Source: the human T2T-CHM13v2.0 reference genome, Homo sapiens
Assembly: GCF_009914755.1 (NCBI RefSeq)
Contig: NC_060935.1
Strand: one strand, 5' to 3'
DNA: 64,000 nt
Shown here piece after piece: positions 24,386 to 38,620 of the stretch. The translations under genes and the position numbers were made by a program. Numbering within the stretch: position 1 is the first letter of the stretch; each line of letters opens with the position of its first letter. Under the pieces are notes generated by a model. The model had not been told where the DNA came from. It saw only the letters and a program-made list of their open reading frames with translations, and did not search any database.

Positions 24386-27300
24386 CTAATATCATTATCT
24401 ACAGGAGCCAGGAGAGTGTAATGATTAAAGTAAATGTAGATATTGTTTCATTTTATCTTTATGCTAGGATAAGGGATGTGTTTTAAGCACGGACTATATA
24501 TGGACACTCTCTCAACTCATCCTCCTCAGAGCTCTTTTTCCTCCAATTTTTCAGTTGAAGTAAAAAGCTCAGAGAAGTCGAATGACCTTCCCAAGATCAA
24601 GAAGCTAATTCACAACAGCCATAGCACCACACCCAGATCCCCTAGGGCCTCCTTAGAGGGTTTACTCCTGGGATATAGCATCATGGGACTGTGCCCTCTG
24701 TCTAATCCTGAGTAACTCCCCAACTTCAGCTCTTTCTTTGTCCCTTGGCAAATTACATCTCTCAGCCATGAAATTCTGAGAGTTTGCAACAGTCAGGGTT
24801 AGCATTGCTAGTTGCTATAACAAACAAACCCCTCATTTCAGTGGCTTAATGTGAAGGTTGATTTCTTACCTATGGCACAGTGCACTGTGGGCCAGTGGGG
24901 GTGGGGAGCGCCATGCAGTCATTCAGGGATCTAGGCTCCTGCCATCTTGACTCAGTCTCTCTAGAGCCTCAGAGTCCTCTCCTGACTCCTGAGCAACTGG
25001 CCATCAGGTGAGGAAAGGGAAGACATAGAAGGTACACTGCTCTAAACTACCTCAGTCCAGAGGTAACAAACCTCACGGCCATTCATATTTCATCAGCAAA
25101 AACTAGTCATGGGGCCCCAGCTAAATGCAGGGGACTGGGAAATGTGGTCTAATCATCTGCAAAGAGAGGAGATAACCAGACCCTGGTGACCAATGAGCTG
25201 TCTCTGTCACAGGGGTGGGCAGATTCTGTGATCCCCATCGGCCACAGGAGAGTGCAGAAGCTGGGACTTCTGGGTTACCCCCTCTGTCTGCAGCCTGGGC
25301 CCACACTCCCTGAGCTCTGTTCCTCCTCCCTCCACCCGGGAAGAGAACTAGTCCCTGCCAACCCTCCTCAGAGGGTGGGTGGTTGGTGAGATAATGATCT
25401 TACCATGCTTATTGCCTCTTGGAAGGCAGGTGCTGGAGAAAAACCAAGTCCGCTTTGATTTTTCTCCCTGTTCCCTTCACATTCCTTCCCAGGATAAATT
25501 TAGCCAGCCCTCACTTTGAACGGCAGTGCCCAGGATACGACTTTTTGTTCTCCAAGTTGATGTCACTGTCAGAGCCGTTTTCATGGTTGCAGCCTTTGGC
25601 CAGCAGTAAAGATTTCCGGATGACAGGCCCAGCCTCTGCCCTGCCCCAAACCTCTGTGATCCACCCTCTCACCCCTGCCCACTACCCATGGGCATGAGGA
25701 ACCACATCTCTGAGACAAGGGCCTTAAATTCTCCAGTGATGTGAGACAGGACACAGTATTTAGAAGGCTTTGATATCTTGCACAAGGGCTGCGTTATCCT
25801 TAACAGCCTCCAAGAGCTCAGAGGCAGGATGGTTCAAGGGGTATGAGCATGAACTTTGGAGGCATCGGTATGGATTAGAATCCCAGCTCTGGCAAGTTAT
25901 CTTCTCACCTGTCTCCTCATCTGTACAATGACTCAACAACAGTATAGTCTTCATGAGATTAGTGGAGATGCTTATATTAAGGAACTTCCTATATTGTTGG
26001 TGCTCTATAAACAGTGGGCATGGAGACAGTGATGGTCTATAAGGACCTCCTGGAGCCTTCTGCCCATTCCAGATACTTCTTTTGCAGACTTCTTTAAAAT
26101 ATCCCGAGAGTCCTCCTTGGAGAATTATGTTCTTAGGCCCTGTCATCTTTATAGAAATGACGCCCTCTCTTGTGTCCATCCTATTATCCTCCTTTTGCTG
26201 CACCTTGAATTCATTCTGTTTTGCCTTGGTTGTGAGGCTGTCTTCCTCCACCACCTAGACTTGAACTTAGCATCATTTTAAAGCTGGTTTAGCCCCTCCC
26301 CTCTTTCCTTGACCTCCAAGCCCTCTTCCGGATAAGTGGTTGCACTTCTTTCTGCTGCCTTCCAAGGTCCACTCTCATTCTTACTCTGGGTCTTACTCTT
26401 TCTTGGGATCCCCTTGCCTCCCCTGCCCCTCCCTCAGCTGCACAGCCCACAAGGAAACACCTTCCCAGGTCAGGCTCCCCTGGAAACCTTTTTTTCACTG
26501 AGTCGTTCTCAGCCTTACTCGAGCAACAGGTACATCACTCAGGCACACCAGCTCTGCTTGTGCCCACGCATAGGCAGAGACAGAAAATGTGTCACCCATT
26601 CTCCAGTGCTCCCTCCTGACCCAGATAAAGCTCTCTAGGACTGAGCTTGCTCCTCTGTAAAGTGGGAGTGGTCAGGGTAGGTAACCTGAGGGGAAACAGT
26701 GGGTGGTCTCACAGGGGTGACTGAATAAAGAGACTATACACAAAGGTGCATTCCAGGTAAAGGGAAGGGAACTAACCAGGCCAGTGAAGGGCCTCTGTGC
26801 TGGCAGTGAGGCCAAGCTGCTACCGCCTAGGCTGGCGGGAGTGAGGGGAGGAGCAATTCCCAGAACCTGAACAAAAGCTGAGGCTGCCCAGCCACCTCAG
26901 TGCCCTGGCCTCTCTTTTTCCCTGCCCTCTGATCTCCTCTCAGCGCCTTCCATTGGCTGAACCCACCTGGAAACGGAGGCCAAAGCGGTCTTTGCAGATC
27001 AGGCTCTCAGGGCCCAGAGCTGGGCACAGAAGGGACAGAGAATGGCTGTGGAGGAGCAGACAGAATCTCTAACACAAGAATCTCAATGGTGTTCGCATTT
27101 ACCCTGTCTCACCAACAGACCTTCTAGCAGGGCATGAGCACACCTGTGCTTATAGACATGGAAATGGACACCCTGAAGGCTAAGGAACACCAGAGGCCAC
27201 ATTAACAAGTGGGGGAGCCAGGATTTAGATTCATTTCTGCCTAATTCCAGAATGCCCCACTGCCAGATGGCAGCCAGAGCAGATAGTGGCATACGTTCTC

Positions 27301-28092
27301 CTTCCCCATCACAAGTTATCTTCCTCCCATGCCTGTAATCCCTCAATGACTGATTCACTGGGGCTGAGCATTTCCTTCTCTCTGTTGTACAGGTTCAAAT
27401 GCAAATATCCCTGTCAGGAGCATCACGTCAATCACTGAACACTTTCAGGGAATCAGTTTCTCAGGCCCCTGGTGGGAGAGGCCTGGGAATCTGTGGGGAC
27501 TGGAGACACTGAGAGGGAACAATGTGGACCCCACACGGCTAAGGAGTTTTCTGGGCCCTTTCACTCCTGTGATTTCACTTAATCCTCACCACTTTCCAAA
27601 GTTACTGGCATCAGGAACCCATTTTACAGCTGTAGGACAGTAGCCCAAAGAGATGACACTTTCCTAATGTTAGAGTTTGGCCCGTGATGAGCAGAGCCAC
27701 GCAGCAGGAAGTGCACTGGCTTTAGAAGCTGAAAGACTGATGCGATTTGAATCCCAAATCCAGCACTTCACTAACTGCGAAACCACAGGCAAATCTCCTC
27801 CCCACCATAGGCATCTACAAAATGGGGGTCTGAACACTCACGTCTCTGTGTTGAACACTAACCCCTGTTTGTGGTGAGAATGAAATGGGATCATTTTCCT
27901 GAGTCCCCGGCATGGTTCATGGCACCCAGAAGCCAAGGCAGAGAAGGTGCAGGGGTCAAAATCTTGGACTTGGGCAAATCTAGTGCTGAGCTCACCAGCT
28001 GGTGAACTCAGCACCAGCTCTGGGTAACCCCAGACAAGTCTCCTTACCCTCTCAGAACCTCATTTGAAAAACAGAGCAATCACATGCCTATC

Positions 28093-28507
28093 TATAATTG
28101 TCCGCTTTCCGTTGCTTCTACAAAATACCTGAATCTGGGTAATTGACAAAGAAAAGGAATTTATTTCTTCATGTATAGAGGCTGAGAAGTCCAAGGCTGT
28201 GGAGCCAGACGCATCTGGTGAGTCTTCCTACTGGTGGGGACTGCAGTCTCGGGCGCAGGGTGTCACATGGAGAGGGGGCTGGGTGTGCTAACGTGCTAGC
28301 TCAGATCTCTCTTCCTCTTCTTACAAACCCACCAGTTCCCCTCCCATGATAGCCCATTAATCCATTAATCCATGAATGGATTAATCCATCCATGAGGGCA
28401 GAGCCCGCAGGGTCCAATCGCCTCTTAAAGGCCCCACCTGTCAATACTGCCACATTGGGGATGAAGTTTCGACATGAGTTTTGGATGAGGACATTCAAAC
28501 CATAGCA
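28093..28507 (-). mobile_element. MaLR solo LTR (MLT1A/MST-like) inserted in a MIR
   Basis: Terminus TGCTATGGTTTGAATGT on -; 5-bp TSD CTATC at 28088-28092 and 28508-28512. Confidence 0.85.
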
Positions 28508-28930
28508 CTATCCCAAAGGTTTGTTGCAAGGGTGAAATGAGACGAATAGTCTGAAAGCACCTTTCAAAACTGCTCTATAAATGTAAACAACAACAATGGG
28601 TTTCCTGAGTGCTTAATGTATTCCAGGCACTGTCTACACCCCTGACGTGTGTGGTTTCACTCAATGCTCATGGCAGCCTTATGAAGCAGGACTTTTGTAT
28701 AGTATTCCCACCCACAAATGAGGAAATTGAGTCTCAGAGATGTTAAGTAACTGGCCCAACGTTGCACAGTCAGTAAGCGGCAGAGCCAGGCTTTGAGCCC
28801 AAATAAGCAGAGTGAGCTGGGCTCTGGGAGACCCAGACAAATGGAACTGAAGAAGCTTGGAGTCTAGCAGTGGCTCAAACTTTCTAGCACATCAGAATCA
28901 CTGATGGAAATTATTTAAAAGGCAAGTTCT

Positions 28931-29230
28931 GGCCGGACGCGGTGGCTCACCCCTATAATCCCAGCACTTTTGGAGGCCGAGGCGGGTGGATCACTTGAGG
29001 TCAGGAGTTCGAGACCAGACTGGCCAACATGGTGAAACCCTGTCTCTACTAAAAATACAAAAATTAGCCAGGGATGGTGGCGCGTGCCTGTAATCCCAGC
29101 TACTCGGGAAGCTGAGGCAGGAGAATCACTTGAACCCAGAAGGCAGAGGTTTCAGTGAGCCAAGATCGCACCACTGCACTGCAATGTGGGCGACAGAATG
29201 AGACTCTGTCTCAAAAATATAAAAATAAAT
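28931..29230 (+). mobile_element. Alu (S-type) inserted in a MER5-like hAT relic (~28868-29345)
   Basis: Alu consensus; TSD AAAAGGCAAGTTCT. Confidence 0.95.
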
Positions 29231-29500
29231 AAAAGGCAAGTTCTTGGGCTGCACCCACAGAGATGCTGATTCTGTGGGTTCAGGGTGGAGCTCAGGAATC
29301 TGCTTTTATAACAAGCCCCCAAGATGATGCTTGTGTGAGGGGTCAGCTAACCACACAGGGAGGAGCGTGGCAGTTGTCTCAGCAAACCGTAAGTAAGGGT
29401 TGCTCAGTGAGCCAAGACACAGGGCTCTGGAGGACCCAGAAGGTTCAGGCAGGAGAGACAGGATCCCACAGAGGGACCCATCTCTGCCTCTGACCTCCAG

Positions 29501-29594
29501 GTTTGCCAAGTACTACAAAATGGAAAATGGCAGTGAGTACCGCACCCTCCTGAAGGCTTTTGGCATCCGCTTCGACGTGCTGGTATACGGGAAT
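29501..29594 (+). CDS. P2RX3: P2RX3 exon 9 (FAKYYK...[18 protein letters not shown])
   Basis: CAG/GTGAGT, 94 nt, follows the 17.1 kb intron 8. Confidence 0.98.
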
Positions 29595-29863
29595 GTGAGT
29601 CCATGGGCCAGGCAGATGGGGTGGACAGGGGAGGCAGCCCAGACCACCTCTCGGGTTCTGAAAAAGCTCCTCTGGGGGGCAGGGGTCTGCTGCTGGCCAG
29701 CTTTGACACCCTCAGTGGGTCACTCTCCCATCAATTCACCTGTCCCGTGAAGGGGAGGGATCTGCTGATCCACCAAGAACCCTTCTGGCGCCACGTGCAG
29801 CCTCGGGCCTCACCCCCATCCCATGGGCCCTCTGCCCACTTGCCTTGGTCTTTGTGCACACAG

Positions 29864-29929
29864 GCTGGCAAGTTCAACATCATCCCCACCATCATCAGCT
29901 CTGTGGCGGCCTTTACTTCTGTGGGAGTG
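29864..29929 (+). CDS. P2RX3: P2RX3 exon 10 (AGKFNIIPTIISSVAAFTSVGV; TM2)
   Basis: CAG/GTGAGT, 66 nt. Confidence 0.98.
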
Positions 29930-30475
29930 GTGAGTTCAGCCCCTCCACGCTCTGACGGGCCAGTCAGAGTGGGGCCCGGACTGGTACCAGCAGGCAGGGG
30001 AGTGACGGCGGCAAAACTCTGCCTCTGCCTGGAATGTAAAACCCCTACCCCCACTTGCTAGGTGCTTCAGTCTCCTTGGCCACCACCCTGCTGCGTCAGC
30101 CCTGGCTGGAACGTCTCCAGTCATGGAGAGCTCATTACCTCCGGAAGCAGCCTTCCCGTTTTCAGGAGACTCCACCTGTTACAGAGTTCCTGTTTCTCAC
30201 CGTATAGCTGGGGGAGGAGGCTCTGGGTTTCTGCAGACCTGAGATGCCTTAATGAGGAACAGAGCCCACGTGGCATGGTGGGCACATAGCCTGCCTTCAG
30301 GGACTTCCACCCTTCCACCCCACGCAGTCCTCTCTCTGTGCAGCTGTGGTCTGGGTCACCCCTAGGAGCTGGGAAGGCAGCCCTGAAACATCCTGCAAAG
30401 TCCCTGGGCATTTTTCTAAGAGGGAACATCATTCAGTCCTCCCTGGAGGACTGGTCCCCACCCTGGCCTGCAATC

Positions 30476-30736
30476 TGCTAACATGCTAGCTCGGATCTCT
30501 CTTCCTCATCTTATAAAGCCACCAGCTCCCCTCCCATGATAGCCCATTAATCCATTAATCCATGCATCCATGAACGGATTAATCCATCCATGAGGGCAGA
30601 GCCCGCAGGGTCCAATCACCTCTTAAAGGCCCCACTTGTCAATACTGCCACGCTGGGGATTAAGTTTCAGCACGAGTTTGGATGAGGACATTCAAACCAT
30701 AGCACTATCCCAAAAGTTTGTTGCAAGGGTGAAATG
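30476..30736 (-). repeat. Duplicated partial copy of the 28286-28539 LTR+flank segment
   Basis: Colinear, high identity by eye. Confidence 0.9.
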
Positions 30737-30852
30737 TCCTGCCCACTGTTTAGGCAGCTTGGGGGTGCTGCCCGAGCCCAGCACTTCCTGCCACCCTGAT
30801 CCCACCCAACCCAGGGCACCCCTCGGAGCCCGCCCTGCCTCTCCTCCTCCAG

Positions 30853-30930
30853 GGAACTGTTCTCTGTGACATCATCCTGCTCAACTTCCTCAAGGGGGCC
30901 GACCAGTACAAAGCCAAGAAGTTTGAGGAG
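30853..30930 (+). CDS. P2RX3: P2RX3 exon 11 (GTVLCDIILLNFL...YKAKKFEE)
   Basis: CAG/GTGAGT, 78 nt, YxxxK trafficking motif. Confidence 0.98.
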
Positions 30931-31375
30931 GTGAGTTGGGGAAGGGGCACCCTTGGATAAAAGGGAGAGGGGGCAGGGCAGGCAGGGGCAGGGACTCTCA
31001 GTGGCTCCCCTTCTGAGGCCTTCTGAAGGGGGGTTCACCAGGCCTCAATGAATATTTGGGGTCCAGACAAGGGAAGGCTTGGCCAAGACTGGGCTCTGCA
31101 GAGAATCTTGGGGGTTCTGTGGGTCATCTCTGTCATGGTCCCCACCCCGTCACCTCCCCTCTCCATTTCTGGGGCAGGACTAGGGGAGGCCATGGGATGA
31201 ATGGGGTTTCTGTTTGCCCTCGGGGTACATGGGAGGGGCCTTGGGATCACACAGATGTCCTGGCTCCCCTCATGACTAGGTCATGGGCGCCCACTGCTGA
31301 GTCTGTCAAATGGGATCACAAAAGAGGACATTGCCCATAGTCAGAACTTGACAACACCAGCTCTTTCGCCTGCAG

Positions 31376-31489
31376 GTGAATGAGACTACGCTGAAAATCG
31401 CGGCTTTGACCAACCCAGTGTACCCCAGCGACCAGACCACAGCGGAGAAGCAGTCCACCGATTCGGGGGCCTTCTCCATAGGCCACTAG
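31376..31489 (+). CDS. P2RX3: P2RX3 exon 12 coding part (VNETTLK...DSGAFSIGH*)
   Basis: CAG acceptor; TAG stop at 31487-31489; total CDS 1194 nt. Confidence 0.98.
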   Translation: MNETTLKIAALTNPVYPSDQTTAEKQSTDSGAFSIGH

Positions 31490-32076
31490 GGCCTCTTTCC
31501 AGGGCCCCACACTCACAAAGGCTCCAGGCCTCCCCACAGAGGACCCTGCCTGAGCAAGGGGGCATGGGAGGGAAGAGGGGCTCTCATTTCTGCTGCTCAT
31601 TCCATGAGCATAGCTGGGACCCAAGTGTCTGGGCCTCCGACTGCTCCAGCAGACAGGCAGTGCTCCCTGCTGAGACCCCAGTCTCACCTTCACTCCTTGC
31701 CTGGCCCCATCTGCTTCCTAGGACCCCTGGGGCAGGAGCACCTGAGCCATCCCCTTCCCAAAGAGTAGAGATTATAATGTAGGACAGATGGCCACAAGGG
31801 CCTACCAAGTGCCAGGCACTTTCACACACGTTATCTCATTTAATCCTTAGAATAATCCTATGAGGTAGATATTAGTTTCCCTTGTTTTGAAGATAAACCA
31901 AGGCTCAGAGAGACTGAGTCATTTGCCCCAGGCCAGATAGCCAGGATGTGAGAGAGCTGGGATTTGAACGTCCGTCTGACTAACTCCATCGCCCACACCC
32001 CATGAGAGAAGAATGAACTCCCAGGGTCCATCAGCCCTGCTGCTTCAGCCGCCTCCACCCTGACGGTGATTCGGTT

Positions 32077-32082
32077 AATAAA
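32077..32082 (+). terminator. P2RX3: Proximal AATAAA poly(A) signal candidate of P2RX3
   Basis: First AATAAA noticed after the stop codon (~590 nt downstream). Confidence 0.6.
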
Positions 32083-33868
32083 GAGTAAGCCCCATGCCTT
32101 TCCCAGCAACAAAGTTTGCATTTTAGGGAGACTGGTTAGACAGTGGTGAGGGACCCCATCTCTGACTTGGGTGCATCCCAAATTTAGAAGGAAACAGAAG
32201 GCATGGCTGTCAGTGAATTTTTCCTCATCACTCCCCATAGCTCTCTCCCCAAACCAGGGAAGGGGTCATTCTTGTTCTTCTCTGGGACCCCACACCCACA
32301 CACATCTGGGCCCCCTCACTCTGGGGATTTGATTCCCGGACCTGGGATCCTGTCGTAGGCTGGGACCCTGTTCCAGGAGTTCAGCAGTCCTCATTTACAA
32401 CAACAGTGAAAATGCTCCAGTAAGGCCTGGTGCCTTGTGAGCTGCTCAGCTGGGTTGGCCAGGCCTGTCCCCATAGGGTCTTAATAAGGTGCCCCATTTT
32501 CTAAGGTTAGAAGCTAAAGGGGCCTTTTAAACCATCTTATCTAACCCTCTTGCTTACAGATGAGCAAACTGAGGCCAGAAAGGGAAAATGACTGGTTCAG
32601 TGCCACAGTTCATGGCCAAAAAGGAACCCACATGTCCTGGCCCTTCAGGGAAGGAGGCAAGAACAGGAAGCTGGATCCATTGACCCAGACATCCTCTATC
32701 CCCTTTCTGTCCTCTCCTACAGTGAGAGGCCCAGAAATTGCCCCAGGGCAGGGCTCTGGGGCAGAACCAGGTTTTGTGAATCCTAAGCATATACAATTTG
32801 GGGGCATCTCTTTAGAAAGAATACAAAATTAGGTATTAGAAGGGGCTCATGCAAGTGAATGAGCCTAAAGAATGTTTCAATAGCTTCATGATAAATCTGC
32901 ATCTGGCAGTCAGAGTGGGCATGATCATGAGGTCTTAGCTGCACCAGCTCAACTGTAGATGGAGGGCGGCCCCTCAACACACGGCACAGGAAGTGGGGAA
33001 GGGACAGCTTCAGGAGTAGTTCAGGAGGCTCAAATGGTGGGTACTTGCAAAGGCCTTGCCCAATGACCCCCCGCTCCAGGGGGAGAAGGGGTAAGACCCA
33101 CCCCACATAAAGCTCAACACCCCTTCCCTCACTCTGCCCTAACCCACAGCCCCATGCCCAGGATGGTGGGGCATATCTCCCCAGGGTCAGCCTTGGGAAT
33201 TGGGCAGTGCCTGGAGATCTGACCAGACTATGCTTCTCCAGCAGAGACATCAGTGAAGGCAGCACCACATTCTCCACCTGGGACTCCCCCAGGCATCCCT
33301 GGGGAATTCAGCTCTTGGGAGGCTGGGGTCACAGGGATTCTCTCTAATGGGGAGATGGAGGCAGTGGTGTCCTGAAGGGACCCTCCCCCCCAACCCCTCC
33401 CTTTTACCCAGATGGAGGTGGTCCTCCTGTAGGTGCCTCCGCCCCTCTGGAGCCGGCCAGCAAGTGTGTGTGAGCCTGAGGTTGTCCTCCGCATATCTGA
33501 ACTAAGTTACCACTTCTGTGTGCTAGATGTAGGGTTAATATCAGTAGTGATAAAAACAGCTACCTTGTCTCTGTTGCATTATGGTTTACTCAGCACAATC
33601 ACCAACATAATCACATGGACCCTCACACCAACGCTGGTGAGTCCGCTATGGTTTGTCATTAATCCTATTTGATAGAAAAAGAAATTTACAGTACGTGGAA
33701 ATGAGATCTGGAACCTATGCCCATTCCTAACACTACATTGCCTCTTTAATCATTCAACATAAAAGCCAACATTGATTACTTACTATTGGCAGGCAATGGA
33801 CCAAATGAGTGACAGGGATTGTCTAACTCAACCCCCACTTTACAGAAGAAGAAACAGATGCATACTAA

Positions 33869-33874
33869 AATAAA
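33869..33874 (+). terminator. P2RX3: Distal AATAAA poly(A) signal candidate of P2RX3
   Basis: AATAAA ~2.4 kb after the stop, in MIR-like sequence. Confidence 0.45.
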
Positions 33875-34992
33875 GAAACTGAAATAGAAGAACTGGGATT
33901 TGAACCTAGAACTTAATGACTCTGGAGTCTGAGATCACGACTTCTATGCTCTATCTGGGGAAAATCCAGAAACTTGTTAGTACCTTTTTTTCCTATGTGT
34001 GTTCGTTCAGGTAATACAGGTTTTGCTGCAGTGACAAGTAAAATCGCAAGGTTTAATACAGCAAAGTAGGTCAGACAGCCCCCTCCATCTGGTAGCTGTG
34101 CCATCTGAGACACTTGGACTCCCAGGTCACTGTCACAGGGAAAGTGAAAACTGGAGGATCACAGGGGGTAATCTGAAGATCAGGCCTGGAGTGGGCTTAC
34201 TTCACCTCCAGCCACTTTCCATTGGCAGGATTCAGCAGCGTGCTACAGAGCCCAGCTTTACTGTAAGGATACTGGGAAAGTCCTAGTCCTCTTGGGTGTC
34301 TAGGAAGAGAAAATAGTGAGCACGGCCCTGGCTCTGCTTCGTTATCTCCATTTTAATAGCTTCTCTTCTCCCCCTCCCACCCCACTCCCACCATTTCCAC
34401 TGACAATTCCACACATCCTTCCCTTCTGTGTTCCTTCTCACAAAACCTTGTTCTCAGCAAGCTGCCAATCAGCCTTCCAGGGGTATTAATAGATAACATT
34501 CTGGGGAATTTCTTCTCTCAAGAGTATTTCCTTTTTAATCAGGGGTTATTCAAGACTGGAAGGCCTTAATCAGCCAAAGGAATGAAAATATAAGAATTGA
34601 CGTTGAGGCCTAATGCTAGATCGTGCTGGAGATTTGAGGGACATCTTATCTACCCTGGTCTGCCTCAAGTAAGCTTCAGTCTGGAGGAGTCTTAGCCCCT
34701 CTTCTTTCCCCTCCCTACCTCTACCCCTGGTTTTGACTGGCAGGATGTTGGGCTACTGGATTTGGCTAAAGTTCGTTCTCCATCAGGGAGATAAGTAGAG
34801 GTTATACAAAGGGCTTGGCATTCAGCTGAAATCCCAATCCCCAGACCACGTGCACAGAACTTCCTTTATCGCCTGTCCTTCCCACCCCCACAGACAGACA
34901 ACACTGTTCTTCTAGAAGCATAGCATCAAAAGTGGGCTTATTCTAAAGCATGACTCTCCAATAGGAAAAAAAGAAAAAGAATGGGCTTATTC

Positions 34993-36110
<1,118 letters not shown>

Positions 36111-36479
36111 CTAATCCCAGGTAGCTCCCCTTCCATGCCCTTTGGGAGAAGGACCACTTGACATGCTGTGATTAGGAGCTGCCTGACCCAATTTCCATCC
36201 ATGGCAGTTGGACAGACCCCTCTACTGAGGACAGGCCTTTTCATGTAGAGACAGTCCCTGGGGCCCAGCATGGGTAAAGTCCCTGGCAATGACAGCACCC
36301 ATTCTCCTGCTGCCAGAGGCCTGCCCATGTTGAAGGGCCTCATCTCTCTGCTTTCTCCATCACCCACTTTCCCCAGGGCTCTCTGATCCTGTCCCCTCAA
36401 CTTTAGCACCCTTAGAAACACAGCACATCTGGGAAAAGTTCTTTTCGCTCCTGAAACCACATCCCATCAGATGCTGGTA

Positions 36480-36856
36480 CAGATATACACAAACACACAA
36501 ACATAGTCCTGTATGCAGTTATGCTCAGACACACACTGAGACATATACCCACCCACATACATACCAGTCAAAGACACAGAGGAAGACACATATGCATACA
36601 CAGAGAGATTTGGGAACATAAGGCTGCAAAGCTATGGAGACATATGCATTCACAGGTGTACGCAGACAGACATATCCATAAATACACAGAGATATATAAA
36701 CATATGCATACTCAACATGCAAATTCATACTGACTCACAGATTTATGCACATTTACATATATAAATTCACACATATACAGGTATACACATGTACACAAAC
36801 ACTGACACATGTACACACCAAGATATATACGCACACATGTACATGTGCACACACAG
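36480..36856. repeat. Degenerate (CA/TA)n low-complexity tract
   Basis: Alternating purine-pyrimidine ACAC/ATAT sequence. Confidence 0.8.
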
Positions 36857-37562
36857 AAATACTTTTGTATTCTCCCTGGGCCCCATGTGGAAACACACTC
36901 CCAAGAAGTCTGTCTCTCCCCACTGCCTCCACCCCCTACAATCCAGGGCTCTCTACCCTCTTGATACCCAGTCTCAGTTCTGAGTTTCCTACTTCATCAA
37001 CTCTACATCCTTCCTGGAGCCCAGTACCTCATCTGTGACAAAGTTAATAGCAACAACAATAATGTCTCTCAATGTCCCCAGGGTCTGAGAAAGTGGGGGA
37101 CGGAGAGACACAGAGGCCTGGGGCTGCAGAACTGGGAATGGGAACTACCAGACACCCTGGCTTTGTGCCCAGGGCCCTGCTGGGGAGAAGTCGCTCCCTC
37201 CTAAGGATGTGGCCCCTCTACAGAGGTAGGCCAGGAGGAAGGAAGGGGAGGACCACCACCCTCCTGGGAATGGATGGGGAACATGCCTCAGAGGAGGCTG
37301 GGGACTCACAGAGGTGGCTGGAAATAAAATTGGGGGCCATTATCAGAAGCCAGAAAGGCATAGGGCCAGAGGAGCAGTCTGCCCCAAGACAAGACTGCTT
37401 TCTCCCCACTTCCTCATGTTGTCCCCTAGGTGGGACCTCAGTGTTCCACACCAACTCGTAAAACAGCTCCATCACCTTTATTTTGGAAAGCCACCCCACC
37501 CTGCACCGCATACTGAATCCAAACAAAGCAAGAGGACCAGCAAAGCACCCCACACCAACTGA

Positions 37563-38620
37563 GCTCCCATCCCCCACTCCCCCAGTCCTTACCCATACTC
37601 CCAACCCCTCCCTCCATCACACCCAACCCTACTCCATCCCCACCACCATCTCCACCACTTCTACTCCCACCCCCCACTCCCCAATCCTTACCCATACTCC
37701 CAACCCCTCACCTCTATCACACCCATCCCTACTCCCATCCCCCATCTCCCACCCCTAACCCTAATCCCAACCCCTCACCTGCACCACACCCATCCCTACT
37801 TCCATCCCCCCATCTCCCACCCCCACCCCTACTCCTAACCCCTCACGTCCCCACTCCCACCCCTACTCCCATCCCCCCACCTCCCACCCCCACCCCTACT
37901 TCCAACCCCTCACCTGCACCACACCATCCCTAAACCCATCCCCCCACCCCTACTCCCATCCCCCCACCTCCCACTCCCACCCCTACTCCCAACCCCCCAC
38001 CTCCCACCCACACCCCTACTCCCATCCCCCCACCTCCCCACTCCCACCCCTACTCCCATCCCCACCACCATCTCCCCCACCCCTACTCCCAACCCCTCAC
38101 CTCCACCACACCCATCTCTACTCCCATCCCCCCACCTCCCACTCCCACCCCTACTCCCAACCCCTCACCTCCACCAACCCTACCCCTACTCCCATCCCCC
38201 CACCTCCCACCCCACCCCTACTCCCATTCCCCCACCTCCCACTCCCACCCCTACTCCCAGTCCCCCACCTCCCACCCTCATCCCTACTCCCATCCCCCCA
38301 CTTCCCACCCCACCCCTACTCCCAACCCCTCACCTGCACCACACCCATCCCTACTCCCATCCCCCCACCTCCCACCCCCACCCCTACTCCTAACCCCTCA
38401 CCTGCACCACACCCATCCCTACTCCCATCCCCCCACCCCTACTCCCAACCCCTCACCTGCACCACACCCACCCCTACTCCCAACCCCCCACCTCCCACCC
38501 CCACCCCTACTCCCATCCCCCCACCTCCCCTTTCCCACCCCTACTCCCATCCCCACCACCATCTCCACCACCTCTACTCCCACCACCCACACCCCTGTCC
38601 CCATCCTCCCAACCCTACCC
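37563..38620. repeat. C-rich minisatellite/VNTR (~30-35 bp units built on CCCTACTCCC); G-rich on the - strand
   Basis: Core repeated many times; + strand nearly devoid of G. Confidence 0.9.

Noticed and set aside
28357-28390. ATTAATCCAT...ATGGATTAAT hairpin
   Set aside because: Appears intrinsic to the MaLR LTR sequence
37563-38620. Regularly spaced repeats as a possible CRISPR-like or telomeric array
   Set aside because: No unique spacers and no TTAGGG periodicity; a eukaryotic minisatellite
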